Positions 42,501-53,111 of a DNA stretch of 64,000 bases are shown piece by piece. The translations under genes and the position numbers were made by a program. The notes beneath the pieces were generated by a model. The model made no database searches and was not told where the DNA came from. It was given only the letters and a program-made list of their open reading frames with translations. Location of the stretch: positions 3,534,001 to 3,598,000 of the forward strand of contig CM039003.1 of assembly GCA_017499595.2 (NCBI GenBank). The letters run 5' to 3'. Source of the stretch: Psilocybe cubensis. Its lineage: Eukaryota. Numbering within the stretch: position 1 is the stretch's first letter; the number at the start of each line of letters is the position of its first letter.

Positions 42501-43989
42501 GTCTGTAAAAACACTGCGAATCACTGAATGCACAAGATCTCACATACCTTTGTTAGTTTATACAACCAATATAACTTGCATGACATAGTCCGCATGCGTA
42601 GACTGTTTGCAAGTAATTGAGTGCATGAGCATGCTCTTTTTAACGACTTTGGAAGGCCAGTTTGCAGCTGGGAGGTATCAGAAGGTGGAGTGTGCGGAGA
42701 CGGGATTGAGCGAGGACTGAAATTGTAAATCAAGGGTAGGTGTTGACTGTAACGAAGAAGGTAGCGATGAACCAAAAAAGAGGTGGGGACGGTGGAGGGG
42801 AGAATAAAACAGAGAAAATTGTGACCTTACGCACCCGCGCATCCATCAGGATATGCCCCTTCAAACCCCTCATCATGACGACTCGCACCCCAACCCATGC
42901 CCTCTCTTCCTCAAACGCACCACTCAATCTTCACCCCACAACCAGTAGAACCCATACGTGTGTACATCGCCACGCATCCAATCTTCGTATAGATAAACAC
43001 GGGTGATAGTCACTTTAATGAGTAAAACGGAATGGGTCGCAAAACTACTATAGACTGAGTGAGGGGTAGTGGGGAGAGGTAATTTACTTACTCACGACCA
43101 CTCTTTGTACTCGTTTGTGCACCACCCGCCACGTATAAATCCGAATTAAATCCAAACATGTACACGTCGGCATCGAGGCCGACACATACGCACATATACA
43201 ACCCGTCGGCGTCGAGTTTACGGTCATCCCTGTCCTCGTGCTCGTGCTCGTATTCTTTCAATATTCTTGCCATTGCTATACGGAGCCGGCGCTGCATGAC
43301 AATACAAATAAAGAACCAAAATCACAACGAAATGAAAGGGGAGATGCAAAGGAAGACGCACTAGCGACAACAATGGAGGGGGAGCGGGAACTTGGCTGGG
43401 GAGGTGGCTGGGGAGGATTATAGATAGGGAGCGCTGGCGGAGGCGGTATAGATAAGGACAAGGAGAGACAATATGTGGAGGCAATGTCAGCAAGAGAGAG
43501 GATGGGTTCTTACGCTCGAACGTACATAGATCGCCTTTCTGAACTGCCTAGCGTTCCGATGCTCATGCGCGTGAGTCCATGAAAAAGATATGAATGACTG
43601 CGTGCTGTGACGTGTAGAGAATTTAAAGGGAGGGGATCACGGTGGTACATGTCAATGGAAGGAATGGCATAGGTTACAAGTGCATGAGGCGGACAGGGTT
43701 GATAAATGGCTTCGGACTCGGATGCTTAATTATCCAGTCCGAGTGTCCAGTAATATCTATTGTCGCGTAGCGCATGAACAATGAAAGCGTGTTCGGCTGT
43801 TAGATGGAAAGGGATTTTGATCGTTTTCTGTTAAAAAGCAGCGCGAGAGTGTGGTTGCCAGTGGAGGTGCTTCAATTACCACCCACAACACGCAACAAAC
43901 TAACGTTTTCACTCTGTGAATCAAAGTACATATAGACCTGATTTAATCTGATTACCCAAGGTATACCCTTTTAGTTCTATGTTCTACGA

Positions 43990-45158
43990 AACAGCGGTGA
44001 AGTGATACCAATGCCCTGCCGAGCGTGTCAGGCAAAGCGGAGTTTGAATGTCCTTGACAACAGCAAGGACAAACAACGCGACTCTTGTCGTCTTCCACCA
44101 CCATCCACGACCGTGACCCGTCTCTTCCCCCAGCCACTCAAACGACAACAGAAACTCCGCAATACGCGACTGGGGGGATGGGTCGTAGGATACCAGGGTC
44201 TAAGCACAGAGGAGGGGGGAGTGGCATCTAGGTGAATGGTAATGTTTGTGTTTTTTTTTTCGCTTTGGCGCCTGGAACCGACACTGCGGGAATACTGCAA
44301 GCCTCCACCTCCATCTCTATCACCCTCGTTTCCCCACTGCACTGGAACACATTTTGCATCGACGCCAGTGCAGCAACACCGTGTCCATATGACAGTTGGT
44401 GTGCTTCCTGCGTCGTGACGGATGATGAAGTTTGTGCTCTCCAGTGCAGTGGAAGGATATTCACGCGTTTTACGCTACCCCGTTTGTACGATGTCGCGTT
44501 CGACATGGACGCCAAGCATCTCTCATCCGGTTTCATCCGTTTGTTGGAATCTGCGGTTATATCAATGCTGGTGAGTCAGGTTACTTCACACTTCACGCTC
44601 GTTCTCTATACCACCATTCCGTTGATATTTTGAGGACATACTACCCTCAACCTCGTGTTTACCCCCAACTCACTCCCCTCCATGTTCTTCGATTTTTGCA
44701 CACATCTATGTCGTGTTATTTGCTAGGCCAAAGGCAGCGCAGCACAGGGTTTCATGAGCTCCATTTGGTTTGATGCACACCACAGCGATCTCGAGAGCCG
44801 AGTTCTAATACACCTTTAAGACTGTTGTTGTCAGGATGGGCGTAGACGCAGGCGCGGGCATGAGCGGGGTGAATATGAACCACGCTGATGCCTTCCCCAT
44901 CTGCACTCCACCTCAACAGGTGCATGTACTCCCTATCCAATTGCCCGCTTGATTATGCACTCCACATTCTCCATCACCTCTACCAGGAACATCTTTCCGT
45001 CTCACCATCCTTGTCTGTGATGGTGTCATCCCCACACCCTCCACAATGATCTCACATGTGTCGCAGGGTGTTACTACGATGACGCTTAGGATGCTCCCCG
45101 TCCCCGCTACGTCGCATATATCCACTTAGACGTCCAAGGGCAGTGTACAGATGCTTAT
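43990..45158 (-). repeat. Dispersed ~1.2-kb repeat, copy B (inverted; carries the empty site for the TIR element)
   Basis: Inverted match to 13903-15120. Its minus strand reads ggtatcaCTTCACcgctgttt with no insertion. Confidence 0.9.
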
Positions 45159-47048
45159 GTGTATGGGTGGACACGCTTACCGTTTAATGCTCAGCGACAA
45201 CGATAGTGTCGTGTACTGTCAGCTCGATACGCTCTTTTCTATGCCCATTGCACTGGTTTTGCAATGTGTGTATATTTGCACCCTCCCCATCTCCATTGTG
45301 CACTAATATCCACATCCCACTTCATATTCCAACCACCCCCGGCCAATAAATCGTTCCCTCCGTACTCCCGACACCTGCACGACCTCGTCGCAGGGCATAG
45401 CGTCTTCGAGCAGGTAGATTCGCACTCAGTTGGAGTGGCCCTCGTTTAGATCTAAGGTCCAAGGTCTAATTAGCTTCATTTCTAGTGTTACTCCACCACC
45501 GCGTCGAGTCGCATCATGGGTGTTCCTTCGCATTGCATCGCATTCGTGCATATCGTATCCCATGGCTTCTCCTTCTTCCCATCCCATGCCTTGAACGACA
45601 TCATAGCAACCTTGGCATTCTGTTGCTTGTCATTCCCTGTCTTTGGCCGACTCGCTCTGCATCTTCAGTTGTCGTTTTTCGAGCTTGTCACCCACATCTC
45701 CATATCCGTGATTTCGAAACCGGATTTCGAATGTCGTGTCACATTACACATCCGACCCTGCTTGTTACGTTTTCCTTGCAAGTCGGAATGTTGATTTGAA
45801 ACTGGATTTTAAGCACTTAGACTGCAAACATTAGAAGCTTGAGTATTGATTTCGAGGTGGGAGCTTCGTACTTTCTTTGAGAGGTGTCAGATATAATTAG
45901 GCTTGTTCTATACACAACGAGACTGAGGAATGCAGAAGACAGACGACATTTGCTGGGCTATTGAGGTTAAAGCTTTTCATTTCCGTTCAATGCTTACCAT
46001 CCACTGTTTTTTGGAATTTCTATTGCTGTTTCTGGTTTTCCATATGCGATTTTCTTGATTTTGTTTCATCAAACTTGTTTCTTTTCTTGATTTTTCCGGT
46101 TTTGCACTTCCTGTACCGTGTACGAAGTTGGAGTGTGCGAGTGAGTCCCCACATTGGGGCAACGTTTCTTATGACACAATTTTCCGTTGAAAATGCGAAG
46201 TGTCTGGCTTGAGATTTCGGTCACTACAAAAATAGCAAGGTTAGAACCTTAGTACGTAAATCGGTGTCAGGTTTCATAATGAACTACTTGGTCGTTAGTG
46301 CATACACCCTGAGTCGAATAACATACTTTGGTGTGGTTGTACTGCGCCCTAGGCATACTTTAGTATCAGATGGTTTTCTTGTAAGTAATGTAGTACTACC
46401 CGGATTACATGAACATATATACCAAGTCTAATTCCCTTTCGCAAAACCGTTGTAATCATTTCTCAAATTTCTTTGTTTCCAACTTATCCCGGCTGCTTCG
46501 GCTTTAAAATAATTCGTATAAATGTACCGGAAACACCCACAGCAAGACATATACTGTGTTGCTATGCTTTGCCATGGATAGGCCAATATAAAATCAGTTT
46601 AATGTTCAATTTTCTGGAATTATTTTGCCCTTAAATATCTGTTGAAATACCTGCTTTAGGTAAGCCATCTTCAGAGAAACCACCCTAAGGCAATACCAAC
46701 ATGTATACTGTTGGTTTTGATAAAACCACGACTTGACCACGGCTTTACCACGACACCAGATTAAATTTACCACAGTCTGTGCTAATTTTATCAGAATCCT
46801 GGGTAATAGGCTGTTCGCACACTCAAAATGTAAGTACTACAATGTAAGAAAAGCTACAATGTAAGAAAAGGTCCGAAACTAGTGAGTACAACTCCATTTC
46901 TGAGTGTTCGCATTTTCAATGGAAAATCGTGTTATAGGTACAACTGCTTTTCTCACGTTTTTATTTATTCTCTCGCAGGACTTCTTCTCTTATTAGAACG
47001 TTGATTTTCTATACGTTAACCACAGGACTGCTTACAAGCATACTGGCT

Positions 47049-47082
47049 GGGGGGTTTAGGGTTTAGGGTTTAGGGTTTAGGG
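47049..47082 (+). repeat. Interstitial telomeric array: G6 followed by (TTTAGGG)4
   Basis: Read directly from the sequence. Confidence 0.95.
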
Positions 47083-47084
47083 TG

Positions 47085-47120
47085 GGAGCAAGCACCGAGC
47101 GAAGCGAGGTGCGAGCGACT
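47085..47120 (+). other. GA-rich DNA hairpin with GCGAAGC mini-hairpin, copy 1
   Basis: GCACC-GA-GCGAAGC-GA-GGTGC, conserved in copy 2 at about 63866-63900. Confidence 0.7.
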
Positions 47121-47148
47121 TGTTTAAACTGTGAGTTAAATGGAAAGA

Positions 47149-47213
47149 AGCCAGAGGGCTGTTGGGGGATCCCAACAACCAGCCCTTTCGTCTTTATAGA
47201 CTCTTCAGTGGCT
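47149..47213 (-). ncRNA. Type I hammerhead ribozyme, copy 1
   Basis: Minus strand: AGCCA CUGAAGA GUCU-auaa-AGAC GAAA GGGCU-gguu-GUUGGG-aucc-CCCAAC-AGCCC UC / UGGCU. All core nucleotides and three stems are present. Predicted cleavage after CUC, between 47154 and 47153. Confidence 0.93.
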
Positions 47214-47907
47214 ATTCTTAGAAGGAATGTTCTAGACATCCGATGACAGCGCGTGAAGTGATGCTGCGCAGCTGTCATGTATCTTACCGACTATCACAAA
47301 TCTGTCAATGTTTATTGTCAAGTTAGACAGGTCTCTGATGAACAGAGTGTCACGGGTCGATGTGGCACATGGTAACCTGTCAAAAGTGGATCCAACACTT
47401 TTGTTCTTTGACATCGTGGGTTATTGACTGTGATGTGAATCACATGGATATAGAGTACTCTGGTTACGTGGCTCCGAGTAACCGCGACATGGGAATATTC
47501 ACATGTCTAGAGTATAAATAGCTTACCTGGGTCCTTACCTAACAATCAAACAATAGACTGATTGATTGTTGTGAATCTTAATTGGACAGTTCATGATCCG
47601 GTCCATCAAAAATGTTTCCACGGTACTAAGGAACTTTTCCCGAAGTACTAAGTAACTTTTCCCATGTACTAAATTAGATCCGGCCCTTCACAATCACATG
47701 CCGTTCGGAAGTTCACACGCCTACCTTACTTCCTAAGCTTATTCCCCCCCAAAGGGGGGGCCTTCGTTGCATTGGGCCTCCTGTTCAGAATTCCTGAAAT
47801 CTGATGCCAGATTCGGATTTCTTGACCCCAAAAACCCCCAAATACACTTTCAAAATATTTTATTTTGTACATATGGAGGTGCTACGTAATTAAATGTGTA
47901 TTTTACC

Positions 47908-48224
47908 GAGGCCGGCCTCCAAATTGATCGAGGCCATTGGAGGCCGGCCTCCAAATTGATGGAGGTCACTGGAGGCCGGCCTCCGTCTAAAAATAACTTT
48001 TGACAGGGACTGGAGGCCGGCCTCCGTCCAAAAATAAACAGAGCGAGGCATCCGAGGCCGGCCTCCATCTAAAAATAAACAGTGACAGGCACTGGAGGCC
48101 GGCCTCCGTCTAACAATAAACACGTCAAGGCCACCTGAGGCCGGCCTCGATTTGTACGCGCGTCGTACGTGCGAGTGGAGGCCGGCCTCCGCTCGTACGC
48201 GCCAGCAACTGGAGGCCAGCCTCC
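47908..48224. repeat. Array of 9 GGAGGCCGGCCTCC-type palindromes, mostly ~41-bp spacing
   Basis: Copies start near 47908, 47939, 47971, 48012, 48054, 48094, 48137, 48177 and 48211 (last is a variant). Confidence 0.9.
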
Positions 48225-49164
48225 AGTGTGGGTCCCAACCAGATAGGTCACGTGAATGTACGCGTGTCGTTGTTGGTTTACTGCTCGTCGCCGCCTGTCG
48301 CTGCCCCCACCACCTTCGCTCGCCGCCCACAATGACACGCACATTGCTGCGTGTTGTTGCACTGCCACCCCCGCGCCTTCGCCGCCGCCGCCGACTCCCC
48401 CACCCCGCCGCCGCCCCGCCTCCACTTGCCGCCCACAACGACTCGCGGCAGAGGAATCGTTTGTGTTTGTTTGTATTTGCTCACACTATCCCTACCCGCT
48501 CTTCCGCTTTCGCTCATTCTCCTCCGCTGCCGCCTCTTCCTCCCGGCACCCGTACTCACAGCAAACAACGGTGGCCCGCCCGCCCCCGGCCCTGACATCT
48601 ACCAACAACTGCAACAACAACAGCAACAGCAGCACATCTCATTGCACGCCACATACGCAAACCGTTCCTCGCTGTACGACCACCTCTCACATCAGACCCT
48701 CAACACCCTCGAGCTGTTACTGCTGTTCTCATTGGCGCACGAGCGTGCAGGGTTTGCGATGCATATGTTTGGAATGTCCTGCCAAGTTGAGTAAGTACAT
48801 GCCTACTTCTCTCGTCACCGCCGCCATCCCATACCATTCCGTCGTCAAGGCCGACATCAACAACCGTGAGGGAGGGCCGCGGGAGAAGTGTCATGATATC
48901 CTTTTTGGGTTATCATGGCGGACAGTTGTAAGTTATCTACGCCGCTGACATTGCGCTTTTACCCTTTAGCACTTCAGCGTGTCTGCGTTTGGATGGGGTG
49001 GTGCGACCCATGTCCACTGCCAGTAAAGAGGTCAGTCATTTCAACAGCCTACATCGACACCCTGTTACCCACTGTTCGTTCTATCCTCCAGTTTCCTTCA
49101 ATGCCGCCATTACGCGTGTCGGGTGCGTTTTATGGGTGAGAGAAAGGCAACCTGGTGAGCGCAG

Positions 49165-49790
49165 GCAGATTGAGGGCGGTCTGGTAGGGACAAATTGCGA
49201 TGGCAAGCAACGACGAGCTGAGGATAGAGGGAGCGTGCTGGCCAGGTGCGTCAGTACTGTAAATACGGGTTGTGGAGATTTGTTTACCCTCGTCTCCTTG
49301 TTGGCAGTCATGCCAGCTTCCTTTCATTGTGTGTCTACACCATGAAAACAAATCCAACGCGGGCCACACAGCAAACGAAGGCGGATTGAGGGCGGTCTGG
49401 GAGGGGTGGGTTGCGATGACGAGCAACGAGTTGACGACAGAGAGGGGACGCTGGCTAGGCGCGTCAGTGCTGTCAATACGGGTGGTGGAGATTTTTACTT
49501 ACCATCGTTGGCAGTCGCGCCAGCGTCCTTTCGTTCTGTGCGTACACCATTAAAACGAATTCAATACATGGCAACACAGCGAGCGGGGGCGGTTTGAGGG
49601 CGGTTTGTGAGGGACAGGTTGAGATGGCAAGCAACGACGAGTTGATGATAGAGGGGAACACTGGCTAGGTGCGTCAGTGCTGTCAATACCGGTTGTGGCG
49701 ATTTTGCTTACCGTCGTTTCCTTGTTGGCAGTCGCATCAGCATCCTTTGATTCTGTGCGTACGCCGTTAAATCAAATCCGACACATGTGA
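49165..49790 (+). repeat. Three degenerate tandem ~210-bp units
   Basis: ttgagggcggt...agcaacga...gcgtcagt(a/g)ctgt(a/c)aatac...gttggcagtc recurs from about 49170, 49385 and 49593. Confidence 0.8.
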
Positions 49791-52751
49791 TGACACTCAC
49801 CGTAGTGTCGCGTTCAGGGGGCACGTTGCCGACGAGAGGCTGCGTCGTCAGCATTGCTCTCACGTTGAGCTGCGCAGCAATGAGCGGGAGGTGAGCACCC
49901 AGCGCGTCGTTCATGGAATGCAACTCACCATGGTGCATCCTTGAAGCTGTTCTGTCAATGTCAAGCATACCGTCAGCGCCGTTGTCAGAAGCAAATACAG
50001 CACGGCTTACCATCTCGAGCAACTTGCTGTACAGAGCCGGAAACAACGAGGGAAGCGTGGGGGAAGAGGTCCTTTGACTGACCTGAAGGCTGAAGAGGCA
50101 GGGAAGAAGAGGGGATGAGGGGATGAAGGATGCCAGCAAGGTGCGTACCCTTTATATACCCTGTCGTGGTTCGACTGTTACTAGTACGCCTGTTACATGT
50201 CGTAAGTAGGCCGAAAATACAGATTTTTTTTTCGTGTCGCTTGTTAGTGTATATTCGGGTTATGCGAGGTGCGATTGGTGTGTTGAGATTCGGAATTGGA
50301 TAGGTTTTCTTGCTTGAATGTTGGATTTGAGGTCAGGGTGGTATGGAATAGTTGAAGAAAATCATCGTACGTCTAATCTATCAAACCGAATACGACGTGA
50401 AATGCTCAACAGCAAGTGCTCGATAATGCATTCATTGAATTTCACTCGAACATCTAATAAAGATTTGAACACGAGAGGACACAAGTACGTTTTTAGTTAT
50501 CTTTAATCCTGAATATCTATACCAGAGTACATTTTTGCCTTGGAATACCCCTGAGCAGAGATAACGAAATAACATGAAATCTCTCAAAACCATCTTGAAA
50601 GTTGCAAAGCCCTCGATGACTCGGGAACAGGTACGTACACCCAGACCTCGAACTATACGCACTCAACACACAACTCGCGTTCTAGCACTCCCGGAATGCG
50701 GACACTTGTTCTGGAGTCAACACACGGAATACTCATCTTCTGCTCTTCTGCACAGCGACAAATTGGACGCCGTTGCTTCTGCTAGTGGATGTGCCGTTAT
50801 TGCTTAGCCGAGGGTGAGCGAGGGTGTTTGGGCTAGTACAGGGCACATGGAGCCGAGTTGTAGGGAAAACAATTGGAATGAGGTGCAATGCCGATTTGGG
50901 AGAGGAGGTGGAGGTGTGGTTGGGTCGGATTTGCTGCGGCAGTTGTAACATTTTGGCCGGGTGGGTGGTTGTGATTGTGCGCGTATTTCTCGTATGCCCT
51001 GTTTCAAGCAGACGCGCAGGGATACAACTGCACTGAGGTCATATTTCCAAGGTCTGTGTACTCTCTCTTCATCACTTGCTAAAGTAATCACCATCTTGTT
51101 AGGATGGTATGCCCCAGGAGATTGAGATTCACTGCAATGATGCGACATTTGGTGAGCATTGTCACCTTCTCATTTAGAGTTTTCTGGCTTGAGATACTTG
51201 CTATATTTTAGTGAGTACATTACATCACAAGATCGACCGTTCAACCGCGTTTATAGGTATTTATTTAGTTGTGGGAACAAGAGCGGGCGATGAGATTGAC
51301 ATGGGGGGGTGAGTATTTGTTCCATTACTTCCGAATCCGATATTGATATCCTTACTACATCTCTTCGTCTATTTAACCGTGTGGGTAAGTCTTCCACTTT
51401 CAAAGTGATGTAATAATATCGAACTGCCGCACCGAAATCTCCAGATCTCTGTGTCAGTGTTTCTACATGCCTTCGTCCCCTCTGCGCCCGTTTTAAATAT
51501 TCTGTATGATCCCAGCAACTCGGTACTGTGGGGATACGTCAAACATAATGTCGTTTAGGTCAGAAATCAAGCTAATATTGATTCAAGGATACAAACTCAC
51601 AATTCAGCATAGAATCCTCGCTCATTCATTTGTCATTCTTGCCTTGATTAAGCGGACTTTGACTGACTCTAAGGAAGCAGCTTCAACACAATCTACGGCC
51701 ATTTGAAGTTGAGTAACATTCATATTACTGCCAATTATTGTATTTTATTCCTCATTATTGTAGTCAAACCTATCGTACATCGATGTATAAACTAGCTACT
51801 AGTATGATAGACACATATATACATATCTATCATCTTGCAGACCTCGATAAAAGTTCAAAAATTCTAAATTTAAACAAGTTCTCCTTGAGTCCCAATGTAT
51901 TCATTCACTAGTGAATTCGCAAGAAGAGCATATTAGATTAGCCATGGAGACCCTGTAACGGAGTTATACCATAGTTTCAAACGCACCTAAACACAATACT
52001 TCGCCGCAATGATGCTGTGAGCCGAAGGAAAATTAGCACCACTCCTCCCCCCAAATCACGAAATTACACAATTTCAAACATTTGCTGCATCTAACTGACA
52101 TTCAAACATTGCATAAAGGAGCCGGGTACCTCCGAAGGCAAGATGTAAAGAAGCTGGATGCAAGTCAATCGAAGTTGAACATGTATAAAAACATTACATT
52201 CCGTTTAGACGCACCTGGGCACAAAACAAGGAAATCCGGGTCTGCCATGAGGATCCTGAATAAAATGAAATTATACATTGGAAGAGATTATGTGAGATAA
52301 AATAAACGAGTCACTCACACGGCATCCAGATGAAAATTGGGACTGGCATTCGTTAAGCGCCCAAAACGTCTCTAAGACGGTACTTTTATATATTTAACAC
52401 ATATCGTCTCTATTTCCCCAAACATCAGTGACAAAGCAGTGCATTAGGAAGGGCAGAGGGATAAATACATGATATACAGAGCTACATGCTATTCCAGCTC
52501 CAATTCCGCGTTTCTAGCGTATGTCCATCAGCAATACCGGGGCCAAGTAGGTAATGATCCGTAGTGATACGTAATTCTGTAGTGCCCATAGTAACGGTCC
52601 CATTTGGGTAACACACACTGATGTACCTGTAGCTTGGTACCAACGTGACATGGTACTCTGTAGTGATCTGTATTGTAACGCGAGTGCTGTGTAGCGGCGT
52701 GTAGCATGCTTACCATGGTCCATACCCCTCTGTATACAACTGACATACAAA

Positions 52752-52843
52752 TTGTAGCATACTACCACAGATTTGTAGCATGCTACCACAGATTTGTAGC
52801 ATGCTACCACAGATTTGTAGCATGCTACCACAGATTTGTAGCA
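52752..52843 (+). repeat. 21-bp minisatellite, about 4.4 copies (TTGTAGCATGCTACCACAGAT)
   Basis: Read directly. The unit contains the palindrome GTAGCATGCTAC. Confidence 0.9.
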
Positions 52844-53111
52844 CATCATAACACACTGCAAATAGGTACAAAGGCATATATAGTATCCACTTTCATTTGT
52901 ATAGTGTTGTGTGGCTATTCCTGCAAGTGCCAATATCACACTGAAAACCGAACCATTTTTGACTAAAATGGGCAATTTTAAAAATAGATAATCTATGTTT
53001 GGATCGGACCAAACATGTTTCTATTAGTAGATGCATAACTATTAATACGTGACGATCTAAATATGGTATCTTCTAATCCACACCCGGCAGCTGCCCCGCT
53101 CATTCACCCAA

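Noticed and set aside
46130-46940. Possible MITE (about 30-bp inverted repeat at ~46170-46199 and ~46905-46935)
   Set aside because: Degenerate, with no definable ends or TSD.
47333-47370. Second, plus-strand hammerhead at CTGATGA
   Set aside because: No stem II followed by GAAA. The motif sits within a simple CTCTG/CAGAG hairpin.
47908-48224. CRISPR array
   Set aside because: Eukaryotic context, repeats only 14 bp, spacers related to each other, and no cas genes.
47850-48948. Overlapping ORFs of 100-230 aa on both strands
   Set aside because: They arise from GC-rich low-complexity and repeat sequence that lacks stops. No domain signal.
52514-52975. 153-aa ORF with CYKSVVA repeats
   Set aside because: Open only because of the 21-bp minisatellite.
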